DNA of 64,000 bases from Candidatus Falkowbacteria bacterium RIFOXYA2_FULL_47_19 (GCA_001780275.1 MFGB01000017.1:59841-123840); one strand, 5' to 3'. Shown: positions 8,648 through 18,834, numbered from the stretch's first letter. Numbers and translations are program-made. The notes: generated by a model not told the origin, from the letters alone.

Positions 8648-10009
8648 TTATAATCCTTTCCTGCTCAATACGGTCGCGACGGTCTTCAAAATTATCGAGA
8701 GATCGAGGTAGGCCGAGCGGTTCTTTACGTAAAAGAGATCGTATTGCAGCTTTTTAAGGGAATCTTCGGGGGTGGGCGAATGATATTCGCCGGAGATCTG
8801 GTCCCAACCCGTGGCGCCCGGCTTGACCAGCATGCGTTCGCGGTAAAAAGGGATCTGTTTTTCCAGGTCGCGGATAAATTCCGGCCTTTCCGGACGCGGC
8901 CCGACGAAGCTCATCTGTCCCATGATTATGTTTAAAACCTGGGGGATCTCGTCGAGGCGCGTCTTGCGCAAAAAGGAGCCGAAACGCGTGATGCGGGGAT
9001 CGTTCTTGATCGTGAGGCTGCGGTCATTTCCCTCTTCCCGCATGGTCCGGAACTTATACATTTTAAATTCCTTCCCGTTCTGGCCGGAACGCGGCATGGT
9101 TATGAATACCGGCCCCCGGCTCTCTAACTTGACCGCAAGGCCGATCAAGAGCCAGAGAGGGAGAGTTATAAGCATTATGGCGAGGGCCAGGATAAAGTCA
9201 TAAAGCCGTTTGAACAGATCGAAAAAATATTTATTTCCCAGATTCAGGTTTTCCAGGAACCACATCTTATCGATGGCTTCGATCGGCACCTTGCCGGTTA
9301 TGATCTCGTAAAAATTGGGCAGACTAACGAAATTTATCTTTAAAGGGAGGCAGTTAAACAGGAAAGTGCGCAGTTCCGGAGAGGAATGCGGGTCGGTCGC
9401 CAAGACTATCATGGAGATCCTGTTCTCGATCAGGAATTGGTTGAGCTTAAGTATCTTGTCGAATACCACCTTCTTGTCCGCTCCCTTTTCGCCGCCGTTG
9501 GGATTTACGATCAGGGCGATCTTATATCCCAGGTGAGGTTTGTTTTTAAGGACCGCGGCCAATTCATCCACCTGTCCGTTGCGGCCGATGACCACTACCT
9601 TGTTCTTCGGCAAATAAGCGGAGAGGAGCCAGTTGAAGGTCCGGCGCCAAAGCAGAAAAAGCGCGACAAAAACCACCAGGTATATTACCAGGTTGGTTTT
9701 AGGGGCGATCGATATATTGGGATTTACGTAAAAAAAGGCGGCCGAGAGAAGGCTCGAGATGGCCACCGAACGTATGGTTACGTTAAAGAATTTCCCATCA
9801 TTAACGGCGATGTGCAGGCTATAGAGGTTGGAAATGTAGAATATGAGGATCCAGGCGATAAAAACGACCGAGAAAGGCCCGAAATGGTTTTGCCAGGTTG
9901 CTCCCGACGGCTGTTCCCAGTAACGGACGGCCAGGGTCAGATAAAGCGAAAAATACAGCACGAAAATATCACCGGCGAGTAAAATGAATTTTTTTAAGTT
10001 ATCGTACAT
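8648..10009 (-). CDS. Polyprenyl-phosphate glycosyl-1-phosphate transferase (bacterial sugar transferase, WbaP-like)
   Basis: The C-terminal catalytic domain carries RLDEIPQVLNIIMGQMSFVGPRPERPEF and KPGATGWDQISG. Multiple N-terminal TM helices. Confidence 0.85.
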   Translation of the reverse strand: MYDNLKKFILLAGDIFVLYFSLYLTLAVRYWEQPSGATWQNHFGPFSVVFIAWILIFYISNLYSLHIAVNDGKFFNVTIRSVAISSLLSAAFFYVNPNISIAPKTNLVIYLVVFVALFLLWRRTFNWLLSAYLPKNKVVVIGRNGQVDELAAVLKNKPHLGYKIALIVNPNGGEKGADKKVVFDKILKLNQFLIENRISMIVLATDPHSSPELRTFLFNCLPLKINFVSLPNFYEIITGKVPIEAIDKMWFLENLNLGNKYFFDLFKRLYDFILALAIMLITLPLWLLIGLAVKLESRGPVFITMPRSGQNGKEFKMYKFRTMREEGNDRSLTIKNDPRITRFGSFLRKTRLDEIPQVLNIIMGQMSFVGPRPERPEFIRDLEKQIPFYRERMLVKPGATGWDQISGEYHSPTPEDSLKKLQYDLFYVKNRSAYLDLSIILKTVATVLSRKGL

Positions 10010-10085
10010 ATCGTTTTTAATATACCAGAATTTATCATATTTTTCAAGGTTTCCGGAATATTTGGAATATTTACGGTTGTGGATA

Positions 10086-10220
10086 TGAATTGTTGATATT
10101 GGATATTAGATATCAGATATTATGATACAGGTTTAATATGTTTTGTGAATTTAGAATGTGCGGATGCGATGAAAATACTTCGTAGATGGACAGAAAAATC
10201 AATATCCAATATCCGAATTC
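10086..10220. repeat. Word-repeat hairpin (GGATATT words, family B)
   Basis: TTGATATTGGATATTAGATATCAGATATTATGATACAG … AATCAATATCCAATATCCGAATTC. Confidence 0.8.
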
Positions 10221-10221
10221 T

Positions 10222-10250
10222 TTGCATAAAAAATTGGTTAATGTTATAAT
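10222..10250 (+). promoter_or_regulatory. Promoter of holB; predicts a leaderless mRNA
   Basis: TTGCAT, 17 nt, (TGt)TATAAT. Only 6 nt separate the -10 box from the ATG at 10257. Confidence 0.6.
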
Positions 10251-10256
10251 TTAACC

Positions 10257-11318
10257 ATGAAAATGGAAGGTAAAAAATTAAAATGGCCCTTGGTGGGCAA
10301 TGAGCATATTACGGAATATTTGGAACAATGCATCGCTCATAATAACATCGGGGGCTCTTATATTTTTTACGGTCCGCCCGATCTCGGAAAGTCTACGGCC
10401 GCGGTTTATTTCGCCCAGACCCTGCTTTGCCAGAACTATGATAAGGAGGGAACGGAATTGCCTTGCCGGACCTGCCCGTCCTGCCGGTATTTCTCAGGCA
10501 AAAAAAACGCTGAAGAAAACGCCGTTTCAACGGGTGAAACGCACGGCGATTGCCACATAATCAGGAAAGAGGACGATAAAAAAAACATATCAGTAGAACT
10601 TGTCCGGGAGTTTATCAGGATATTGGGCTTGAGTTCTTTTTTAGGGGAGCATAAAGTCGGCATTATCCGTGACGCCGAATGCCTGAGCCTGGAAGCGTCC
10701 AACGCGCTTTTAAAAACCCTTGAGGAGCCCAAACGGAAAGTGGTGATAATCCTTGTAACCTCTTATCTTGACGCGTTGCCGCAGACGATCGTCTCCCGCA
10801 GCCAGATATTGCGGTTCCATCCAGTAAAGACCGATATTATCTACGATTATCTGATCAGCGCGCATAAGGCTTCCCGCGGCGAAGCGAAGAAATTTTCCCG
10901 TTTAAGCTTGGGGCGCCCCGCTTTGGCCGTAAAATTCCTTGAGGACGAGGAATGGCGCGAACGATACCGGAAGAGGGTGGAGGTTTTTTTAAAGTTTTTC
11001 CGGCAGGATATAAACGAGAGATTCGCCGCCGTCGAAGATCTTATCGGCAAGAAAGCCGCCGGGATGGAAGCGGCGGGTACGGTCGCGTCCATACTTTCGG
11101 CCTGGCAGGGGGTAATCCGGGATTTTATGCTTATCCAGCTGGGATTTAACAACCTTACCCGCAATGAGGACAGGAGCGGAGAATATATCGCTTTAAGGAG
11201 TATCGTTACCCGGGATAAGATAATAAACCTGAACCGGGTGATCGGCCGGGGGGAAGAGTATCTGCGGGCGAACGTCAATCCGAAATTAGTATTAGAGGAT
11301 ATCGCTGTCAGTATCTAG
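10257..11318 (+). CDS. holB: DNA polymerase III subunit delta-prime
   Basis: Walker A-like YIFYGPPDLGKST, zinc module CRTCPSC, and the SNALLKTLEEP motif. Confidence 0.85.
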   Translation: MKMEGKKLKWPLVGNEHITEYLEQCIAHNNIGGSYIFYGPPDLGKSTAAVYFAQTLLCQNYDKEGTELPCRTCPSCRYFSGKKNAEENAVSTGETHGDCHIIRKEDDKKNISVELVREFIRILGLSSFLGEHKVGIIRDAECLSLEASNALLKTLEEPKRKVVIILVTSYLDALPQTIVSRSQILRFHPVKTDIIYDYLISAHKASRGEAKKFSRLSLGRPALAVKFLEDEEWRERYRKRVEVFLKFFRQDINERFAAVEDLIGKKAAGMEAAGTVASILSAWQGVIRDFMLIQLGFNNLTRNEDRSGEYIALRSIVTRDKIINLNRVIGRGEEYLRANVNPKLVLEDIAVSI

Positions 11319-11406
11319 CATTTCGCATCAAGCCAGAGTCGATCGTCGTATGCTCGATACTTTCCGTTTAATGCTCATTTAACCTCTTTCAAATATAATC
11401 AATAAT

Positions 11407-12486
11407 ATGTTCAAAAAATTATCAGTGCTTTTCGCCCTGTTGGCGTTGCCCGTCTTAATTTCCGGCTGTCTATTGCAGGTCGGGCCGAAAAAGAACGCGC
11501 AGAGCGGGACGGACGGCGGAGTTTTTAAATCGATCAACAAGGGCGCGGGCTGGCAGCAGAAAGCGCTTATCCCGACGGTTTCCGGCAAGCCCCGCAGTTT
11601 CGCCGGCGTAAACGCGGCTTCCATGGCCATGGATCCGAGCGACCGGTTGGCCGTGTATTTCGGCTCGGAGGCGAACGGATTGGTCTATACTTATGACGGC
11701 GGAGCGAACTGGCAGACGGCGGACACCCTAGTCAAGGGCACCGTTGCCGACGTGACCGTCGATCCGAAAAATAAATGCATTATCTATGCCGCGGTCGGGA
11801 ATCGTCTCTATAAGTCGACGGATTGCAACCGGACCTGGAACCAGGCTTATTACGACAACGACCTCATGGCCGTGGTGGATGCCGTAGCGATCGATCATTT
11901 CGACAGTAATAATATCTATATCGGCGTGAGCCGGGGCGATATCGTAAAAAGCTCCAACGGCGGCGCGGATTGGCAGACGATCTACCGCGCCGGCAACCGT
12001 ATCCGGAAGATCTTGGTCGATCCCAATGACAGCCGCAACATCTACGTGGCGACCAACGTCAAAGGCGTGTTCCGCTCGCAGGACGCGGGCGCGAACTGGG
12101 CGGAGATGAAAAGCCTTATGGACACGGTCAAGGAGCATAAACTAGGCACCGATGTCAAGGATATGATCGTTGCCCGGGATGAATCCAGGACCATATTCCT
12201 GGCCACTTTCTACGGCCTCCTTAGATCCAAAGACGGAGGCGAGACCTGGGAAAAGATCGAACTTATTCCTACGCAGAACAAGGCCGCTATTAACGCCTTA
12301 GCGGTCAATTCCGTGAATACCCAGGAAATATATTACGTCACCAACACCACTTTTTACCGTTCGACCGACGGCGGAGCGAACTGGGCGACGGTGAAGCTGC
12401 CGACTTCCCGCGCCGGATGGAAGCTTCTCCTGGACCCGGAAGATCCGAATATAATTTATATGGGGGTAAAGGGGCTGGCGAAGTGA
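11407..12486 (+). CDS. Lipoprotein with BNR/Asp-box beta-propeller repeats (Ycf48/sortilin-like)
   Basis: Lipobox LISGC. Six S/T-x-D-G-G-x-x-W repeats (YDGGANWQT, SSNGGADWQT, SKDGGETWEK, STDGGANWAT and others). Confidence 0.75.
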   Translation: MFKKLSVLFALLALPVLISGCLLQVGPKKNAQSGTDGGVFKSINKGAGWQQKALIPTVSGKPRSFAGVNAASMAMDPSDRLAVYFGSEANGLVYTYDGGANWQTADTLVKGTVADVTVDPKNKCIIYAAVGNRLYKSTDCNRTWNQAYYDNDLMAVVDAVAIDHFDSNNIYIGVSRGDIVKSSNGGADWQTIYRAGNRIRKILVDPNDSRNIYVATNVKGVFRSQDAGANWAEMKSLMDTVKEHKLGTDVKDMIVARDESRTIFLATFYGLLRSKDGGETWEKIELIPTQNKAAINALAVNSVNTQEIYYVTNTTFYRSTDGGANWATVKLPTSRAGWKLLLDPEDPNIIYMGVKGLAK

Positions 12487-12497
12487 TTTAATAAGTT

Positions 12498-12595
12498 ACC
12501 CGCAAATTTACAAATCTGTTACAAATCTACAAATTACAAATAATCTTGTTCTGTCGCTATTTGTAAATTTGTAAAGGATTTGTAAATTCGTGGGT
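12498..12595. repeat. Word-repeat hairpin (TTTACAAAT words)
   Basis: ACCCGCAAATTTACAAATC… pairs with …GATTTGTAAATTCGTGGGT. Confidence 0.85.
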
Positions 12596-12622
12596 TTTTA
12601 AAGCGTATAAGCAACAAAAATT

Positions 12623-13177
12623 ATGAACCAATTCATAGAATCCAAAAAGGAGGAATTCAATAAAGCCGTCGATTTTTTTAAAAAGGAAATTTCCAGCCTG
12701 CGGACGGGACGGGCGAATCCGAATATGCTGGAAGGCGTGACGGTGGACGCTTATGGGGCGAAAACGCCGTTAAACGGCGTGGCGTCGATAAGCGTTCCGG
12801 ACGGACAGAGCATAATTATCGCCCCCTGGGACAAGGGCATACTTAAAGAGATCGAAAAGGCAATGGTTGAGGCCGATCTGGGAGTAGGGGTCGTGAACGA
12901 GGGCGATAAGATCAGGCTGACCATTCCGATGATGACCGAGGAGAACCGGCGGGATCTCGTAAAAAAACTTAACGAAAAACAGGAAGCCGCCCGGGTCGCC
13001 TTAAGGAAGATCAGAGAGGAAGTAAAGGAAAGCATCGAACGGGCCGAAAAGAACAAGGAGATACCGGAAGACGATAAATTCCGCTACATGAAAGAATTGG
13101 ACGAGCTCATGGCGGGCAAGAACGACGAGATAAAAAGCGTCCGCGACAAGAAAGAAAAAGACATTATGACGATCTGA
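12623..13177 (+). CDS. frr: Ribosome recycling factor
   Basis: Full-length match to the RRF pattern (FKKEISSLRTGRANPNMLEGVTVDAYG...LNEKQEAARVALRKIREE). Confidence 0.95.
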   Translation: MNQFIESKKEEFNKAVDFFKKEISSLRTGRANPNMLEGVTVDAYGAKTPLNGVASISVPDGQSIIIAPWDKGILKEIEKAMVEADLGVGVVNEGDKIRLTIPMMTEENRRDLVKKLNEKQEAARVALRKIREEVKESIERAEKNKEIPEDDKFRYMKELDELMAGKNDEIKSVRDKKEKDIMTI

Positions 13178-13272
13178 GGATTGCCGATTGACGATTTTCG
13201 ATTGTCGATTAAGTTTACTATAAGTTTCTTATGTTGATTTCGATAGATTCGAACATCGACATTCGAAATTTT
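13178..13272. repeat. Word-repeat hairpin (CGATTGCCGATT words, family C)
   Basis: GGATTGCCGATTGACGATTTTCGATTGTCGATT … ATTTCGATAGATTCGAACATCGACATTCGAAATT. Confidence 0.8.
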
Positions 13273-13283
13273 AAAATTATTCT

Positions 13284-14420
13284 ATGTTGTTGACTATCAT
13301 TACGTTTTTAGTGGTTCTGTCTTTGTTGGTTTTTGTGCACGAGATGGGGCATTTCTGGGTGGCGAGAAAGCTGGGCGTCAAAGCCGAGGAATTCGGTTTC
13401 GGTTTTCCGCCGCGCGCCTGGGGGATCTATAAAAACAAGAGCGGCCGCTGGGCGACGGTAAGGGGCAATAAAGAGGTGGAAGATGCCGCCGATACGGTTT
13501 ATTCCATAAATGCCATCCCGATGGGCGGATTCGTGAAGATCAAGGGCGAAGACGGGGAAAATAAGGAAGAGCGCGACAGCTTCGCCGGCCGGAGCGCCCT
13601 CGAACGGGCGGCGATACTTCTGGCCGGAGTATCCATGAATATCGTTTTGGCCGCGGTATTGATCTCTTTAGGCTTTATGATCGGCCTGCCGCAGGCGCTC
13701 GACGGGGTCGGCCCGAAGGCGGCGATAAGCGCCCGGAAGATACAGATAATAGAGGTTGCACCGGATTCGCCGGCCGCGGCGGCCCTGGTCGAGGCGGGCG
13801 ACGTCATTGCCGGCATCAACGGCCTTTCTTTCGCCGCTAGCGATAATCTGCAGCAGTACATAAATGAACGCGCCGGAGATAAGCTGCGGTTCTCTTTCGA
13901 GCGGGGGAGTAGCCGGTTCGACAAGGAGATCGTTCCGGTGGTAAGGGAAGAGACCGGCAAAGGGGGGATCGGCATAGTCATAGGAGACACGGGCATCGTC
14001 CGTTATCCTTTTTTCACGGCCATATGGGAGGGGATAAAAACGACCGTACTCTTGACCTGGGCCATTATCGTGGCTTTTTACAATTTATTGGCCGGACTTA
14101 TCATGGGGCGCGGATTGGGCGGAGAGTTAGGCGGACCGGTCCGGATCGCGCAGATCACGGGCGACGCCGCCCGCATGGGACTGGCCTATCTCATAAATTT
14201 TACGGCTCTGCTTTCGATCAATCTGGCCATAATAAACGCTTTTCCGTTTCCGGCCTTAGACGGCGGACGCCTGCTCTTCCTGGCTATTGAAAAGATCAAA
14301 GGCAGTCCGGTCAAAAAAGAAGTCGAAGGCACTATCCACTATATCGGATTCGCCCTGCTCATGCTTTTGGTGCTTTTGGTAACCTACAAAGACATCGCCC
14401 GGATCTGGCAGGGAGGGTAG
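13284..14420 (+). CDS. rseP: RIP (site-2) zinc metalloprotease RseP
   Basis: HEMGHF zinc motif in TM1, a central PDZ domain, and a C-terminal NAFPFPALDGG motif. Confidence 0.9.
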   Translation: MLLTIITFLVVLSLLVFVHEMGHFWVARKLGVKAEEFGFGFPPRAWGIYKNKSGRWATVRGNKEVEDAADTVYSINAIPMGGFVKIKGEDGENKEERDSFAGRSALERAAILLAGVSMNIVLAAVLISLGFMIGLPQALDGVGPKAAISARKIQIIEVAPDSPAAAALVEAGDVIAGINGLSFAASDNLQQYINERAGDKLRFSFERGSSRFDKEIVPVVREETGKGGIGIVIGDTGIVRYPFFTAIWEGIKTTVLLTWAIIVAFYNLLAGLIMGRGLGGELGGPVRIAQITGDAARMGLAYLINFTALLSINLAIINAFPFPALDGGRLLFLAIEKIKGSPVKKEVEGTIHYIGFALLMLLVLLVTYKDIARIWQGG

Positions 14421-14465
14421 GAATTGGAGGTTTTCTCGGCCCAAGGCCGATCCGCCTCGGGCGGA

Positions 14466-14592
14466 GATTGACGATTGCCGATTACGGCGAAATATTGGAT
14501 ATTGAATATTAGATATTATGCTACAGTTATAAATTATTTTTCTAGCTGAATTGGCCGTAAGAAAATAATATCCAATGTCTAATATCCAATAT
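14466..14592. repeat. Composite: a family C word block followed by a family B hairpin
   Basis: GATTGACGATTGCCGATTACGGC, then AATATTGGATATTGAATATTAGATATTATGCTACAG … AATAATATCCAATGTCTAATATCCAATATT. Confidence 0.85.
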
Positions 14593-14669
14593 TAAAACAT
14601 GACGAGCGAGTAAGACAACAACAAGACGGTAAACGTGAATAAATAGTATAAAACATTAAGAATAATAGT

Positions 14670-15029
14670 ATGCAAATCAATATCAAAGCCACCAAGATGC
14701 AGTTGACCCCCAAGATAAAAGATTATGTTCAGGAAAAAATGGACATGCTGGAAAGATATTTGGGGAATATACCGGTGCACAATTGCGACGTGGAGATCGG
14801 AAAATCCGTGGGCGGTCAGCATTGCGGCGAGATCTATCGCGCGGAAGTGAACCTCAAGGTTCCGGGAGAGCTTTTGCGGGTGGAAAAAACCGAAAAAGAC
14901 CTGGTAAAGGCGATCGATAAGGTCAAGGACCATTTGCGGATGTCCATAAAAAAATATAAAGAAAAAAAGATCACCAAGAAAAGAAAAGGGAATATCGCCC
15001 GTTCCGAGCCGGACCAGGGGGAAAATTAG
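14670..15029 (+). CDS. hpf: Ribosome hibernation-promoting factor (HPF/RaiA family)
   Basis: MQINIKATKMQLTPKIKDYVQEKMDMLERY is the typical HPF N-terminus. About 119 aa. Confidence 0.85.
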   Translation: MQINIKATKMQLTPKIKDYVQEKMDMLERYLGNIPVHNCDVEIGKSVGGQHCGEIYRAEVNLKVPGELLRVEKTEKDLVKAIDKVKDHLRMSIKKYKEKKITKKRKGNIARSEPDQGEN

Positions 15030-15141
15030 AAATTGATATTGTCGGATTTTAGGAATATACGCAGTAGGACGTTCCCACTCGGGAGCGTCTTTTGTTTAAA
15101 ATTAGATAATATTATTAATCAGAATTTAAATTAAAATTTGA

Positions 15142-15170
15142 TTGACAACTGTAAGAAAACGTGCTATATT
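15142..15170 (+). promoter_or_regulatory. Promoter of the cysteine-rich two-gene module
   Basis: TTGACA, 17 nt, (TGc)TATATT. Confidence 0.7.
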
Positions 15171-15212
15171 GAAATATCACGAGAACTTTAAAAAACAATC
15201 AGGGGGTGACAC

Positions 15213-15462
15213 ATGTTTAAAAAATATTTGGTTTTCTTTGACCTTGGGGATTTTGCGGGAAAACAGCCGCGAAATTTACGCGCTGTCAGCCGCGGAAGCG
15301 ACAGACGAATTCTTCATAGAGAGCGGACTCTGCGAAGAGTACTACCCGCACGTCAAGGCCATTCTTTTGCCGCAGGGGACGATGAGCTGGGGAGCCGGCA
15401 CTGTTCGTTATTTTTTTACGAAACATCCGTGGCTGAATATTCATTACGCCACGATCCAGTAA
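15213..15462 (+). CDS. Small protein of unknown function; the ATG+SD and the plausible coding frame differ by 1 nt at an A6 run
   Basis: SD AGGGGG lies 6 nt before the ATG at 15213. The frame ending at TAA 15462 (…ENSREIYALSAAEATDEFFIESGLCEEYYPHVKAILLPQGTMSWGAGTVRYFFTKHPWLNIHYATIQ) has ordinary composition but is offset +1 from that ATG. The ATG frame itself is Arg-rich, looks non-coding, and overruns the next gene. Confidence 0.35.
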
Positions 15463-15474
15463 AAGGAGGAAATC

Positions 15475-15789
15475 ATGAAATGCGAAACTATTCGCAAAGG
15501 CTCCGAATGCGCGTTTATGACGCAAAAGGGCTGCGCTTATTCCGGCGGCGCCTGCCGGGAGATCGTCCCGGCCTGCCAGGGTTGCAATAAAATAGTGGCC
15601 ATTGGATCCGGCCAATATTGTTCCGCCTGTCCCGACCCGGCCAAGAAGTGGAAGAACGGCCTTTGCAACCTGGCCTCTAACGCCGCCCGCGTGATCGATC
15701 GGGACGGCAAGGGGACCGGCGGAGCGGTCAACACCATGAAAAAAACCAACCCCCAGAAAGCCGCCAAGCGGGCGGCCAGGGGTAAGTAA
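15475..15789 (+). CDS. Cysteine-rich protein with a P-x-x-K-W motif and a basic C-terminal tail
   Basis: SD AAGGAGG lies 5 nt upstream. Nine Cys fall in the first 64 aa (…CAYSGGACREIVPACQGCNK…CSACPDPAKKWKNGLCN). From memory it resembles the family named 'PxxKW family cysteine-rich protein'. A strong terminator follows. Confidence 0.7.
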   Translation: MKCETIRKGSECAFMTQKGCAYSGGACREIVPACQGCNKIVAIGSGQYCSACPDPAKKWKNGLCNLASNAARVIDRDGKGTGGAVNTMKKTNPQKAAKRAARGK

Positions 15790-15813
15790 ATTACCCACGT
15801 TTTAAAATTTTGA

Positions 15814-15845
15814 ACGGGCATCGTTTGCTGATGCCCGTTTTTTTG
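15814..15845 (+). terminator. Intrinsic terminator of the cysteine-rich module
   Basis: ACGGGCATC-loop-GATGCCCGT followed by T8. Confidence 0.85.
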
Positions 15846-15865
15846 TTGTGCGGGCCGATTATCGC

Positions 15866-15893
15866 GTAGAGACGCGATTAATCGCGTCTCTAC
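15866..15893. repeat. GTAGAGACG-type palindromic hairpin
   Basis: GTAGAGACGCGATTAATCGCGTCTCTAC, with a partial third half-site (GGCGTCTCTGC) downstream. Confidence 0.85.
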
Positions 15894-15924
15894 ATCGGGG
15901 CGTCTCTGCGGACGTGGCGGGTAT

Positions 15925-15953
15925 TTGCCTTTTTATATTTAACCTTGTATAAT
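15925..15953 (+). promoter_or_regulatory. Promoter of secA
   Basis: TTGCCT, 17 nt, TATAAT. Confidence 0.55.
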
Positions 15954-16023
15954 AAACGTGTTTTACTAACTTTAATGAAATTATAAGGATTAAGTTATAG
16001 ATTGATTAATAAAATTTAAAAAT

Positions 16024-18834
16024 ATGGGAATTCTGGATAAAATTTTCGGCGATGCCAACGCCAAGATCGTTAAGGACATGCAGCCGATCATCGATAAAAT
16101 CAACGCCCTGGAGCCTCAGTATAAGAAGATGAGCGCCGAGGAACTAAGGGGGGTAACGGGCGTTTTCAGACAAAAGCTCGGGGCCGGATCGGCGCGCGAT
16201 CTTGACGCTTTTCTGCCGGAAGCGTTCGCGGCCGTGCGTGAAGCGAGCCGGCGGACGCTCGGCCAGAGGCATTACGACGTTCAGCTCATAGGCGGGATCG
16301 TGCTCCATCGCGGGCAGATCGCCGAGATGAAGACCGGAGAAGGAAAAACCCTGGTCGCGACCCTGCCGCTATATTTAAACGCCCTTCCCGGCCGCGGCGC
16401 CCAGCTTATTACCGTAAACGATTATCTGTCGCGGGTCGGCGCCGGCTGGATGGCGCCGGTCTACCATGCCCTCGGCATGACTACCGGCGTGATCATCCAT
16501 GACGCGGCTTTCAGCTATGATCCCGGATATTCGGACGATTCCCAGTATGACGATAGGTTAAAGCATTTCCGGCCGGTCAAGCGGCGGGAGGCGTATGCGT
16601 GCGATATCGTTTACGGCACCAATAACGAGTTCGGCTTCGATTATTTGCGCGACAATATGGTCGCTAATCCCGGCCAGATGGTCCAGCGGGATCTTTATTA
16701 TGCGATCGTGGACGAGGTCGATTCGATATTGATCGATGAAGCCCGGACCCCGTTGATCATAAGCGCTCCGGCCGAAGAATCGACCGATAAATATTATAAG
16801 TTCTCCCAGCTGGTCGGCCGGCTAAAGGAAAACGAGGATTATAACGTGGACGAGAAAATGCGGGCCGCGACGCTTACCGAAGGCGGGATAGGAAGGATGG
16901 AAAAATGGCTAGGCGTGGACAATATTTATACCGCCGGAGGGATCCGCGAAGTGCACCACATCGAACAGGCCCTGAAGGCGCACACCCTTTTCAAGCGCGA
17001 CCGCGATTATGTGGTGAAGGATGGCGAGGTCATTATCGTGGACGAGTTTACCGGCCGCCTGATGCACGGACGGCGTTATTCCGAGGGATTGCATCAGGCG
17101 ATCGAAGCCAAAGAGGGCGCGAAGATCCAGCGTGAATCACAGACCCTGGCAACGATTACCTTTCAGAATTACTTCCGCATGTACAAGAAACTCTCCGGCA
17201 TGACCGGAACCGCCTCGACCGAAGCGGAGGAATTCTCCAAGATATACGAACTCGATACGGTTATCATACCTACGAACAAACCGAACGTGAGACTGGATCT
17301 AAACGACCTTATTTACCGCACCGGGGAGGGTAAGTTCAAAGCGGTCGTCGCGGAGATCAAGCGCCGGCACGAGACCGGGCAGCCGATATTAGTGGGCACC
17401 ATTTCCATAGAAAAGAACGAGATCCTGGCCGGTATGATGGAGCGGGAAGGGCTCCATCCGCAGGTTTTAAACGCTAAAAACCATGAACAGGAGGCGAAAT
17501 ATATCGCCCAGGCGGGCGCGTTTGGCGCGATCACGATCGCGACCAATATGGCCGGCCGCGGAGTCGATATAATCCTGGGCGGCGCCCAGGGGGACAAAGC
17601 GGCGCAGGAAAAGGTTAAAAGCCTGGGCGGGCTCCACGTCATCGGCACCGAACGGCACGAATCCCGGCGGATAGATAACCAGCTTCGGGGCCGGGCGGGG
17701 CGCCAGGGCGATCCGGGTTCGTCCCAGTTTTTCGTGTCGATGGAAGACGATCTTATGCGCATTTTCGGCGGCGACCGGATGAAGAGCATAATGACCACCC
17801 TGCGCGTGCCGGACGATATGCCGATCGAGAACCGTCTGATCTCGCGGTCGATAGAATCGGCGCAGCGCAAGGTCGAAGGTAACAACTTCGATATCCGTAA
17901 GCATCTGGTCGAATACGATGACGTGATAAACAAGCATCGGGAATCGATCTATCGCCGTCGCCGGGAAATATTGGGAATAGTCGATAAGAAAGCGGATGGT
18001 TCTCTTCCGCCGCCTGAATCCAAGGCCGACGACAAGCCAGCCGCGAATTTATCGGAGATAATCCTCGAAATGGTGGAAAACGAGATCGAACAGGTAGTAA
18101 GCTTCCATACGTCTGCCGAGCGCATTACGGATTGGAATCTTTCCGAAATAAACCAGGTGATTTCCACCATTTTTTCGGCCGGGGAGGTAGTCGGCGCTTT
18201 GGACGGATTTACAAAAGAAAATAACCATAAGCTGGACAAAGCCCAGGCGCGGACGGCTATCATCGAACGTTTGTCCGTTCTGGCGCGCCATTCATACGGA
18301 AAGATCGAAGCTAAGGCCCGGGAAAAAGGGATCGACTGGGCTGAGATCGAAAAAGCGGTCCTTATCCGTTCGATCGATACGCTTTGGATCGAGCATCTGG
18401 AGGCCATGGCGAGCATGCGGCAGGGGATAGGCTTAAGGGGTTATGGCCAGCGCGATCCTCTTATCGAATACAAGCGGGAGGCTTACGGCCTGTATAACGA
18501 ACTCAATAACCTTATCGCCAAGGAAGTGGTCTATTCGATTTTTAAGATAGGAGCGCTGCAGATCGAAGAGCGCGAATTCACGGCTCCGAGCCTTTTGGAG
18601 CGGGCGCGGCGGTTTACCGCTCCGGCTAAAACCATGGATGCCGGTACGGCTTCTTTCGCCGGTTATAAAACCGCCGGCAGCGCCTCCTCCTCCGGCGCTC
18701 CGGCCGCGCCCCAGGCCGGTTCCGGCGATCTTATCAAACAGAAGACCAAGGACGCGGAAGGCAACAAGGTCGGCCGCAACGATCCCTGTCCCTGCGGGAG
18801 CGGGAAAAAATACAAAAAGTGCCATGGAGTATGA
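16024..18834 (+). CDS. secA: Preprotein translocase ATPase SecA
   Basis: Full-length SecA ([57 protein letters not shown]) with a C-terminal zinc motif [14 protein letters not shown]. Confidence 0.97.
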   Translation: MGILDKIFGDANAKIVKDMQPIIDKINALEPQYKKMSAEELRGVTGVFRQKLGAGSARDLDAFLPEAFAAVREASRRTLGQRHYDVQLIGGIVLHRGQIAEMKTGEGKTLVATLPLYLNALPGRGAQLITVNDYLSRVGAGWMAPVYHALGMTTGVIIHDAAFSYDPGYSDDSQYDDRLKHFRPVKRREAYACDIVYGTNNEFGFDYLRDNMVANPGQMVQRDLYYAIVDEVDSILIDEARTPLIISAPAEESTDKYYKFSQLVGRLKENEDYNVDEKMRAATLTEGGIGRMEKWLGVDNIYTAGGIREVHHIEQALKAHTLFKRDRDYVVKDGEVIIVDEFTGRLMHGRRYSEGLHQAIEAKEGAKIQRESQTLATITFQNYFRMYKKLSGMTGTASTEAEEFSKIYELDTVIIPTNKPNVRLDLNDLIYRTGEGKFKAVVAEIKRRHETGQPILVGTISIEKNEILAGMMEREGLHPQVLNAKNHEQEAKYIAQAGAFGAITIATNMAGRGVDIILGGAQGDKAAQEKVKSLGGLHVIGTERHESRRIDNQLRGRAGRQGDPGSSQFFVSMEDDLMRIFGGDRMKSIMTTLRVPDDMPIENRLISRSIESAQRKVEGNNFDIRKHLVEYDDVINKHRESIYRRRREILGIVDKKADGSLPPPESKADDKPAANLSEIILEMVENEIEQVVSFHTSAERITDWNLSEINQVISTIFSAGEVVGALDGFTKENNHKLDKAQARTAIIERLSVLARHSYGKIEAKAREKGIDWAEIEKAVLIRSIDTLWIEHLEAMASMRQGIGLRGYGQRDPLIEYKREAYGLYNELNNLIAKEVVYSIFKIGALQIEEREFTAPSLLERARRFTAPAKTMDAGTASFAGYKTAGSASSSGAPAAPQAGSGDLIKQKTKDAEGNKVGRNDPCPCGSGKKYKKCHGV

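Noticed and set aside
15213-15590. The 125-aa ATG-initiated frame taken at face value as a protein.
   Set aside because: Its composition is Arg-rich and looks non-coding. It overruns the SD and first 38 codons of the well-supported cysteine-rich gene. The +1 frame ending at 15462 is far more protein-like.
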